Shown here: one piece after another, positions 10,382-17,973 of the stretch | How positions within the stretch are numbered: position 1 is the first letter of the stretch | Layout: each line of letters starts with the position of its first letter | Assembly: GCA_964371445.1 (NCBI GenBank) | Contig: CAYJLK010000004.1 | Location: 1 to 44,495, forward strand | Length of the DNA: 44,495 nt | Direction: 5' to 3' | Source of the DNA: an uncultured Candidatus Saccharibacteria bacterium | GTDB taxonomy: Bacteria > Patescibacteriota > Minisyncoccia > Phycocordibacterales > Phycocordibacteraceae | The notes under the pieces: generated by a model | The model's database searches: none | What the model was told of the DNA's origin: nothing | The model's input: the letters and a program-made list of their open reading frames with translations, nothing else | Made by a program: the position numbers and the translations under genes

Positions 10382-10694
10382 CGAACACTCGAAAATGTTT
10401 CGGTATACGAAATACGAAAAGGTAAATTGAAGTGCAAACAGATGTCTGTGCTATACAGAGTTCCGCACGAGAGACTGGACATATTAGTACTCCTCGGCTC
10501 CATACCTTGCGGTACTTCCACCTAGAGCCTATCAACGTGGTCATCTCCCACGAGTCTCATAACGATTCCTAATCTTGGAGCATGTTTCCCGCTTATATGC
10601 TTTCAGCGGTTATCACGACCCGACATAGCTACCCAGCGGTGCCCTTGGCAGGACAGCTGGTAGACCAGAGGTCAGTTCATCCCGGTCCTCTCGT

Positions 10695-11479
10695 CGATTA
10701 TTCCCCTGTTTCCAGGAGCTCAGACTATATCTTCATCCTTCCCTCGAGGGTTAGGACGATGGCATCTTAGCCATAGGAGCAGTCATTCTCTGATATGGAA
10801 TGATTCCTCAACCTATGACTCCGCGCATCTTTCAGCGCAAGTCGTTACGGGGTCAAACCAAGTATCTGATGCAGCTCTTCTTTTGTCTTCCGTTTCTTGC
10901 TCATGTAGTTTTCATTCTGTATGAGCAGGAGCAGGTCGACGATTTTTCGTATATCCTTCGACTTCATCGTGCGGAGCGTTTGCTTTTCAAGCACCATGCA
11001 CGCCTGAATAAGCAATTTCGCCTGTTTCTTTTTGAAGCGAAGATACGGCAGAAGCATCTCAACCGTTCCTCGCACTTGCGAGAAGCCGTTGATGCGCAAT
11101 TCCGTCATACCATCGTTCCTTTTAGAAACGTAGCCGCATTTGAGCCGCGTTCGAATCCATGAGAGCGGCGCATCGTGGCGACTGTCTTGATAAAGACATA
11201 TCGTCGCCATAAAACGTATTCCCTTGGTCGAATCTGCGCGCTTCTTCAGCTGGAGCATGAGACTTCCGTCTCCGTCCAAGAAGCCCGCGATATACGCGAG
11301 ATCTGCATCGGTATTTGATCGACTTCCCACGGTATTACCATAGTAGCATTCTGGTCCTCAAGCAAGTCTGTTATCCACTGGACCGTCGGATAACGAACTC
11401 TAAGACCAGACGCACCGTAGGCTTCACCGTTATAAGCCATATTGTCATCAGAGATCTCTCTCTGAAGTAGCAATTCTTT
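10695..11479 (-). mobile_element. Group I intron (785 nt) after 23S U2656 in the sarcin-ricin loop; IA-like, with homing endonuclease
   Basis: Exons rejoin as CCCUAGU|ACGAGAGGAC. 5' exon ends in U and intron ends in G. P1 is UAGU|AA with UUGCUA (U.G at the splice site). Core elements: UUAUAACGGUGAA, AAUACCGUG, CCCGUAACGACU, AAGAUAUAGUC, with extra stems between P7 and P3'. Confidence 0.92.
10845..11330 (-). CDS. Single-motif LAGLIDADG homing endonuclease (intron-encoded)
   Basis: YIAGFLDGDGS motif, 161 aa, LLPYLRFKKKQA segment typical of the I-CreI-like family. GTG start. Confidence 0.93.
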   Translation of the reverse strand: MGSRSNTDADLAYIAGFLDGDGSLMLQLKKRADSTKGIRFMATICLYQDSRHDAPLSWIRTRLKCGYVSKRNDGMTELRINGFSQVRGTVEMLLPYLRFKKKQAKLLIQACMVLEKQTLRTMKSKDIRKIVDLLLLIQNENYMSKKRKTKEELHQILGLTP

Positions 11480-11542
11480 ACTAGGGACGACCCTCCTCAA
11501 GAATCAACGCCTGTAGTAGATAGGAGACCAACCTGTCTCACG

Positions 11543-11981
11543 CATCTAGTTTGCCCGCATTACTGCGGGGATCGGACTGTAACTTTATCCACTCTCTTCT
11601 CGAGGTTGGGATAATCAACATTCAGTCTCTCGAGGCGCCGAGATTTTCTTAGCGGTACTCCGCTTTAGAAAATCCAAGTGCAGTCGCTTTCTTAAGCGAG
11701 CTGCCTGCACTTTTTTAGCTTCCTTCGGTGTTGTCCTCGCGTACACAACGCGATTGGATTTCACCGATATAAGTTGATTTCTTCGCATACATTCCTGTAT
11801 GCGACCGCCGTAAGTATGTCTCGCATCCCGTTAGAGACGCTTGCTCGCGCAAGCCAGAACTTTGGTGAAGTTCTTGTCTCTAACGGGACGCACAGTGCGT
11901 CTCCACGCACCTAACAATTCCTCGTGGGTTCAAACCGTTCAATCCTCCATCGCAAGGTTAAACCTTGCGATGAAATGCTGA
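11543..11981 (-). mobile_element. Group I intron (439 nt) at 23S position 2593, ORF-less
   Basis: Exons rejoin as GGGUUCAAACCGU|CGUGAGACAG. U/G boundaries. Core UUAUAUCGGUGAA, AACACCGAAG, CUCGAGAGACUG, AAGUUACAGUCC. IGS CUUACG-GCGGU at 11804-11814. Confidence 0.92.
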
Positions 11982-12642
11982 ACGGTTTGAACCCAGCTCG
12001 CGTACCTTTTTAAATGGCGAACAGCCATACGCTTGGGACCTTCTCCAGCCCCGCGCTAAGGTGAGCCGACATCGAGGTGCCGAACTCCGCCGTCGCTATG
12101 GACGCTTGGGCGGAACTAGCCTGTTATCCCCAGGGTAACTTATATCCGTTAATCTCTGGCCGCATCTAAGGCGTACCATCGGTTCACTATGCTCTGCTTT
12201 CGCATCTGCTTGGGATGTACCCCTTGCAGTTAAGCTCTCTTATGCCATTACACTATCGGCACGGTTTCCATTCGCGCCTAGAGAACCTTAATAGACTCCT
12301 CCGTTACTTTTTAGGAGGATAGCGCCCCACCAAAACTACCCGCCACGCACGGTCCCCCGTTGGATCCCAACGGGGTTAGACATTGCACACAACAAGAGTG
12401 GTATTTCATTGTTGGCTCCACACCAGCCGAAACCGATGCTTCAAAGCCTCCCACCTATGCTACGCATGCAGCACGCAATGCCAATACGAAGCTGTAGTAA
12501 AGCTCCTGGGGTCTTTTCGTCTAACTACAGGTATCCGGCATCTTCACCGGAAGTGCATTTTCACCGAGCGAGTCCTCGAGACAGTTTTCCAGTCATTACA
12601 CCATTCGTGCACGTCGGAACTTACCCGACAAGGAATTACGCT

Positions 12643-12833
12643 CTTCGATTCCTTTTAGCACGCGAAGGACCATATCTTGTTCCCACCGAACGTGGGACTA
12701 CGACGTATGGCCTCTCATGTGAGTCGCTTGTGGACAAGTCACGGATTGCTCCATGACAAGGTAACTTGCGTGTATTCTGTTCACCACTATAACCGTCCTA
12801 GTCCTTCGCGGCGCGACTTGCGTCACGCCGCGA
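12643..12833 (-). mobile_element. Compact group I intron (191 nt) at 23S position 1931, ORF-less
   Basis: Exons rejoin as CCUAAGGU|AGCGUAAUUCC. U/G boundaries. Core UUAUAGUGGUGAA, GAGAGGCCA and AAGAUAUGGUCC, with a UUCG-capped P8. Confidence 0.88.
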
Positions 12834-14279
12834 ACCTTAGGACGATTATAGTTATCGCCGACATTCACCGGGGCTTACACAGTCCAGCCCATCATCTTGC
12901 GACAATGGACCCCCCGTGGTTAACCTTCCGGCATTGGTCAGGTGTCACCCCCTATACTTCCTCTTACGAGTTTGCAGGGAGCTGTGTTTTTGGTAAACAG
13001 TTGCCAGAAAAACTTTCACTGCGGCCCCGCTCTCTTGCGAGAACAGGGCAGGCCTTATCGCTAACTTACGGCCGCTTTTTTGCCGAGTTCCTTGAGGACA
13101 TCTTACTCGTTCGTCTTGGTCTTCTCGACCTGATCACCTGTGTCGGTTTGCGGTACGGTCGTCTCTAGAGTTGATGCGTAGAAGATTTTCTTGAAACCGC
13201 GCTTTGCACTCTCTCTTCCCCCGAAGGAGAAAATTGCGTCGGTACTCGGGATAATGCGCACCGGATTTACCTAATGCGCGCCCTCACACCAGCGACCGAA
13301 ATCCAATTATCGGCAGCACATACAGCAGTCCGTCACTCCATTGCCTCTAGAAACGGTCAGGGAATATTAACCCTGTGTCCATCGGGTGCGGCTCTCGCCA
13401 TCCCCTTAGGCCCGACTAACCCTCAGTTGATCACCATAGCTGAGGAAACCTTGATCTTTCGACGTGCGGGGTTCTCACCCGCATTGTGGTTACTTGTACC
13501 GGCATTCTCACTTGTGTACGCTCCACCTTGGGTTATCCCTTAAGCTTCAGCGCGAACACAACGCTCTCCTACCGCTTGTAACTATTTAAAATAGGTACAA
13601 ACCCGCAATTTCGGCACGACATTTAACCCCGATCATCTTCGGCGCAAGGACTCTCGATGAGTGAGCTGTTACGCTTTCTTTAAATGGTGGCTGCTTCTAA
13701 GCCAACATCCTCACTGTCTATGAGTCCTCACTTCCTTGTGGATGTACTGAATGTCGATTTAGGGGCCTTAAGTGGCGATCAGGGCTCTTCCCCTCTCGAT
13801 CGATGGAGCTTCGCCCCCACCTTCTAACTGCCGCCCGGGCACCGGGTATTCGGAGTTTGATAGGAACCACGAGGTTTCCCCCTGTTGGTCCCTTCCAGTG
13901 CTCTACCCCCCGGCGCACATATGGCGACGCCAGCCCAAAAGCTGTTTCGGAGAGAACCAGCTATTCCCAGATTCGATTAGCTTTTCACTCCTTATCACAA
14001 GTCATCCCAAGACGTTGAACGATCTACGGGTTCGGGCCTCCATCTGTCTTTCGACAAACTTCACCCTGCTCATGACAAGCTCATCTGGCTTCGGGTCGTA
14101 TATATCCTACAGACGCGCTATTCACGCTCGGTTTCCCTTAAGCTCCGCCCCGGAAGGGCTTAGCTACGCAAGATATATACACTCGCCGGCTCATTCTTCA
14201 ATAGGCATGCCGTCACGGAATAAATTCCGCTCCGACCCCTTGTAAGCACACGGTTTCAGGTCTATTTCACTCCCCTCTC

Positions 14280-14326
<47 letters not shown>

Positions 14327-14596
14327 TAGGACGTATTTAGCCTTACCGGTTAGTTCCGGCAGATTCAGTCGAGCTATTCGTGTCTCGACCTACTCAAGAA
14401 TACAAGCAAGAGTCGTCATACATTTCACCTACGGGGCCATTACCCTCTAGGGCGTTGCTTCCCAGCAACTTCGGTTATATAGACAATTTGTAACTCTTCC
14501 CCGATAAATCGGGAGCTCGCATCTTACAACCCCCCACTCCGAAGAGTGAGGTTTGGGCTTTTCCCTTTTCGCTCGCCGCTACTTGGGGTATCACGA

Positions 14597-14644
14597 GAGT
14601 TGCGTTCCATCAGCACGAACATACGCGCCGACGGAACGCAACTC
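14597..14644 (-). other. ~50-nt hairpin insertion (IVS/expansion segment) in 23S domain I near E. coli position ~223
   Basis: GAGTTGCGTTCC...GGAACGCAACTC (12 bp perfect, plus 9 bp with G.U pairs) lies between GAAAAGAGAACAA and CGTGATACCCC, which are nearly adjacent in E. coli 23S. Confidence 0.75.
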
Positions 14645-14990
14645 ATATTGTTCTCTTTTCCTCCTGGTACTGAGATGTTTCACTTCCCAGGGTTCGCATC
14701 ATGCAAGCGTTACCTCGCAGATTCCAGTTCAAAACTGGAGGGTTTCCCCATTCGGACATCTCCGGATCAAAGGCTACAAACCGCCTCCCCGAAGCTTTTC
14801 GCAGGTTAGTCGCGTCCTTCATAGCCGTCCTAGGCCAAGGCATCCACCGTGTGCTCTTATGTCTCTCGTACGGAGACCTGCATATCACACTTCACACTAT
14901 CTGCACGTTGCCCCATGAGATAATGACTCTCGGACGCAGTAAAGCATCGCAAGAAATTATCTCACGGGGTTCAATTACCAATGTATATTC

Positions 14991-15128
14991 GCCCGTACAC
15001 TAATTTTGCCATTGCGCCTACGCTGTTCCGAGAAATCACTCTCTCAAAACCGCGTAGAGTCGCGAACGCTGAGGTGGTCAATCTCGCGATTGGCACAAGA
15101 ACAGCGATGGCAAACTTAGTGTCCGGGT
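14991..15128. repeat. ~138-nt MITE-like hairpin element, copy B (in the 23S leader)
   Basis: Imperfect terminal inverted repeats GCCCGTACACTAATTTTGCCAT/ATGGCAAACTTAGTGTCCGGGT. Homologous to 32092-32225 in the opposite orientation. Confidence 0.75.
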
Positions 15129-15160
15129 TTCGATGTCAAAAATCGGTGTCCCCGCTCGAA

Positions 15161-15190
15161 ACGAAAACCGCCCCAAGGGGCGGTTTTCGT
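15161..15190. other. GC-rich palindrome (terminator- or boxB-like) in the 23S leader
   Basis: ACGAAAACCGCCCC-AA-GGGGCGGTTTTCGT, between the 23S promoter and boxA-like GATTTTTGACA (15134-15144). Confidence 0.65.
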
Positions 15191-15267
15191 GTGCTCTGTG
15201 CACCCGAGGCCTTACGGCCTATCCGCTCCTAAAAATGGTGTTTTTCGGTTCGTAGACACGTAGAGGG

Positions 15268-15296
15268 AGTATAGACGAGGGCATCGGGGGCGTCAA
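15268..15296 (-). promoter_or_regulatory. sigma70-type promoter of the 23S-5S-tRNA unit
   Basis: TTGACG-17 nt-TATACT. Shares GCTTGACGCCCC with the 16S promoter. Confidence 0.8.
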
Positions 15297-15308
15297 GCGC
15301 ATTACAAG

Positions 15309-15342
15309 AAAGACCGCCCCGCCGGAGGGCGGGGCGGTCTTT
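15309..15342 (-). terminator. Intrinsic terminator
   Basis: AAAGACCGCCCCGCC-GGAG-GGCGGGGCGGTCTTT just downstream of the 15352 stop codon. Confidence 0.8.
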
Positions 15343-15351
15343 CAGGAGACA

Positions 15352-16035
15352 CTAGTCCTTGATTTCTGACTGGAGACGATCGAGGTAGCGAGCCGCCGAG
15401 GCTTGGCCGCCAAGCCCGAAGGCGAGACCGATCGCAAGCGATGCGGCGATGACGATGCCCTGGAAGAGCGCCTGGATCAGACCAGTCGCAACGTTCAGCT
15501 GGGAGAGCGCCGCAAGAAGGGCGAATATCCAGATGGCGTAGCGCGCGACCTTGCCGAGAAAGCCGGCCGCATGGAGCGATGCTGCCTTCGCCGAACCGAC
15601 AACGACGCGTTCCGCCGCTTCTGCGACGACTGCCGCGACGAGCAGGATCAACACCGCGACGATTACCTGAGGAAGGTAGCCGAGCACAACGTCGCTAATG
15701 AAGAGATTCACCGTCGAGAGTTTGAGCACATCAAGCGCCGCCACGAGGAAGACGATGATGAAGAACCACTTCACGAGGAAACCGAGGAACTTGCCCGACG
15801 AGAGCTCAAACCCTGCGCGAGAAAGCAGGTGCTCGAGACCGGTCGATCTAAGCGCCTGATCGATTCGCAACGAATTAACGATTTGCGAAACGACACGTCC
15901 GAGTCCGACACCGACGAGCCAACCGACAATGAAGATAACGATTGCGACGACTAAACTAGGAATGAACGCCACCAATCCGTAGAAGAGATTCTGGAAAGAC
16001 TGGCTCAATACATCCGCCCATGTGGTAAAAACCAT
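15352..16035 (-). CDS. MscS-associated TM-helix repeat membrane protein (CmpX-like)
   Basis: Repeated FIPSLVVAIVIFIVGW / YLPQVIVAVLIL helices and C-terminal GLAFGLGG. Confidence 0.8.
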   Translation of the reverse strand: MVFTTWADVLSQSFQNLFYGLVAFIPSLVVAIVIFIVGWLVGVGLGRVVSQIVNSLRIDQALRSTGLEHLLSRAGFELSSGKFLGFLVKWFFIIVFLVAALDVLKLSTVNLFISDVVLGYLPQVIVAVLILLVAAVVAEAAERVVVGSAKAASLHAAGFLGKVARYAIWIFALLAALSQLNVATGLIQALFQGIVIAASLAIGLAFGLGGQASAARYLDRLQSEIKD

Positions 16036-16110
16036 ATGAATAACGCTTTGTTTATGTGATTAATAACTCGCCGACGTACCTGCGAGCTTCTGCCTCAAAG
16101 TGTACCATTT

Positions 16111-16680
16111 TTAGAGCCCTATTTTGTCGATTAACAGGCGGTGTGGATAGTCAAAAACGTCCCGAAGAAGGCGATCATATACCCCGCGACGATACCGGAA
16201 GTCTGCGGTAGCAAACGAGGCATAGCGTATTTCGCGGCCGAGCTCAGCCTCGAGAGACCGCACCGCGCCGAGGAGCGCGCGCTCTTCGAGATTATCGCCG
16301 ACGACGAGAAGATCGATCTGCGGTTCCACGGCACTCGTGAATAGCCCCGAGAGCACGACGAGCCGCAACGTCCCGGCGCGCCGCAGGCCTCGCAGGATGT
16401 TCTGCGGCCGCACCGACGTCGTCTCGCGGATGAATGTATCGAGCGCTGCAAGATGTTCGAACCGAGAATTCACCTGGTACCGCGCGGGAGTCGCCGATCC
16501 CTTCTTGCGCAGGAGGCCGGCAGAAACAAGTTCCGTGACTTCATGCCGTGCGACATCCTTTGCAAGCTTCGTCCGCTCGGCGACTTCGGCAAGCGTGAAG
16601 CCGACGTCCTGATTGAAGAGGAAGAGTCGGAGCGTCTTCAGACGAGCGCCGGAACCGAAGATCTTCATAAGCATTTCCAT
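16111..16680 (-). CDS. Winged-HTH plus degenerate nucleotidyltransferase-like domain protein
   Basis: IFGSGARLKTLRLF..HTH N-terminus; LSGLF...QIDLLVVGD C-terminus. Start at MEMLMK, 7 nt after TACACT; the longer ORF runs through the rplL terminator. Confidence 0.7.
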   Translation of the reverse strand: MEMLMKIFGSGARLKTLRLFLFNQDVGFTLAEVAERTKLAKDVARHEVTELVSAGLLRKKGSATPARYQVNSRFEHLAALDTFIRETTSVRPQNILRGLRRAGTLRLVVLSGLFTSAVEPQIDLLVVGDNLEERALLGAVRSLEAELGREIRYASFATADFRYRRGVYDRLLRDVFDYPHRLLIDKIGL

Positions 16681-16713
16681 AGCCGCCAGTGTAGGCGCTC
16701 GCGGCATAAAACG

Positions 16714-16750
16714 CAAAACACGGTTCTGCCCTTGGCAGAACCGCGTTTTG
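16714..16750 (-). terminator. Intrinsic terminator of rplJL
   Basis: Long stem CGGTTCTGCC/GGCAGAACCG followed by TGTTTT on the minus strand, about 20 nt after the rplL stop. Confidence 0.75.
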
Positions 16751-16772
16751 TTGCGCATTCTTAATGAATGTA

Positions 16773-17138
16773 TTACTTCAAAGTCACCTTCGCTCCGGCA
16801 TCCGTGAGCTTCTTTGCGAGCTCCGCGGCATCCTCCTTTTTCATGCCCGTCTTCAGCATCGAAGGAGCACCGTCGACGAGGTCCTTGGCCTCCTTAAGAC
16901 CGAGGGCGAGCGCCTCCTTCACCGCCTTGATGACGGCAATCTTGCTCGCACCGACTTCGGTCAGCTCGACGTCGGCAGTGCTCTTCCCTTCCTCTTCAGC
17001 GGCACCCGCTGCTGCCGGACCGGCGGCTGCGACCGCGGTCGCAGAAACGCCCCACTTCTCTTCGATGGCCTTGACGAGCTGATTCAGCTCGAGGACGGTC
17101 ATCTTCTCAACTGCTTCGATTATTTGTTCCTGATTCAT
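16773..17138 (-). CDS. rplL: 50S ribosomal protein L7/L12
   Basis: [21 protein letters not shown] and KIAVIKAV...[11 protein letters not shown]. Confidence 0.98.
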   Translation of the reverse strand: MNQEQIIEAVEKMTVLELNQLVKAIEEKWGVSATAVAAAGPAAAGAAEEEGKSTADVELTEVGASKIAVIKAVKEALALGLKEAKDLVDGAPSMLKTGMKKEDAAELAKKLTDAGAKVTLK

Positions 17139-17144
17139 ACGTAC

Positions 17145-17633
17145 TTATTTAGTCTTCGCCACTTCTCCGAGCGCGATTGCAAATCGCGCACGTGGTGAAT
17201 TGATAATGTTTGCGAACATACCGCGGAGCACGATCATCGGCGGTATAGTTGCGATAACCGTCACACCCTTCGCGTCAAGGAAGGCACCTTCGAACACGCC
17301 GCCGAGGAGCGAGAGTGCACCCTTCAGCTTCTTGCCGAATTCATACACACCGCGCGCCGGTGCGGTGACCTCATCGGTCGTCCACGCGACCGCGACTTCG
17401 CCCGGTAATTCCGGAATTGCTCCGGTATACCCCTGCTCTTCGAGCGCTCGACGAATGAGCGTTTTCTTCGCGACATAGTAGCGCACGCCCGCTTTCTCGA
17501 GTTCCGTGCGCAGACGCGAGGCGTCCTTCACCGTGAACTTCGTAAAGCCGACGAATGCGACCGACGACGCTTCTTTAAAAGCATCGGTTAGTTTCGCGAC
17601 GATAGCGCGTTTCTTGTCTTTTGATATTGCCAT
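17145..17633 (-). CDS. rplJ: 50S ribosomal protein L10
   Basis: MAISKDKK start, LRTEL...VAKKTL and IATIP; directly upstream of rplL. Confidence 0.95.
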   Translation of the reverse strand: MAISKDKKRAIVAKLTDAFKEASSVAFVGFTKFTVKDASRLRTELEKAGVRYYVAKKTLIRRALEEQGYTGAIPELPGEVAVAWTTDEVTAPARGVYEFGKKLKGALSLLGGVFEGAFLDAKGVTVIATIPPMIVLRGMFANIINSPRARFAIALGEVAKTK

Positions 17634-17640
17634 ACGATGT

Positions 17641-17816
17641 TTCGTACGAACGAAATAAAGGAGAGTTCGACCGTTAAGTCTCACCTCGGCAGGATTTATC
17701 CATCTTTAAACGGGTGTCCCTCGGTCATCATAAGATGATGCTCTCGGGATCCACGTTTTTGTGCCCAATCGCTTCGCTCTTGGACAAAAACGGGACCTAC
17801 TGTCTTCGGTTCGTAC
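17641..17816 (-). promoter_or_regulatory. Ribosomal protein L10 leader (autoregulatory RNA)
   Basis: ACCGAAGACAGUAGG ... UUAA ... CCUGCCGAGGU pattern upstream of rplJ, closed by GUACGAA/UUCGUAC. Promoter TGGACA-17 nt-TAGAGT at about 17824-17852. Confidence 0.85.
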
Positions 17817-17852
17817 AGGGGCTACTCTACCAAAAGAGCACTGCCCTGTCCA

Positions 17853-17957
17853 TTAGTTCATTGCGGCGCTCGCGACATGGAGCGTCACGAGAGCAACGGC
17901 GACGATGGCCGCGAACCCGGTAGAGAATTTCACAAACTCCACAAAAAAAGGGAGCAT
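17853..17957 (-). CDS. Putative 34-aa single-TM small protein
   Basis: MLPFFVEFVKFSTGFAAIVAVALVTLHVASAAMN fills the gap 16 nt after the ligase stop and is hydrophobic. Confidence 0.45.
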   Translation of the reverse strand: MLPFFVEFVKFSTGFAAIVAVALVTLHVASAAMN

Positions 17958-17973
17958 GCGTTGCTTGCGTTCG

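Noticed and set aside
11925-11941. The 17-bp duplex as the P1 helix of the L2593 intron
   Set aside because: It gives U-A rather than U.G at the splice site and no P10. A proper IGS exists at 11804-11814.
14875-15260. Spacer tRNA-Ile/Ala upstream of 23S
   Set aside because: No cloverleaf or T-loop motif was found; only hairpins and the repeat element.
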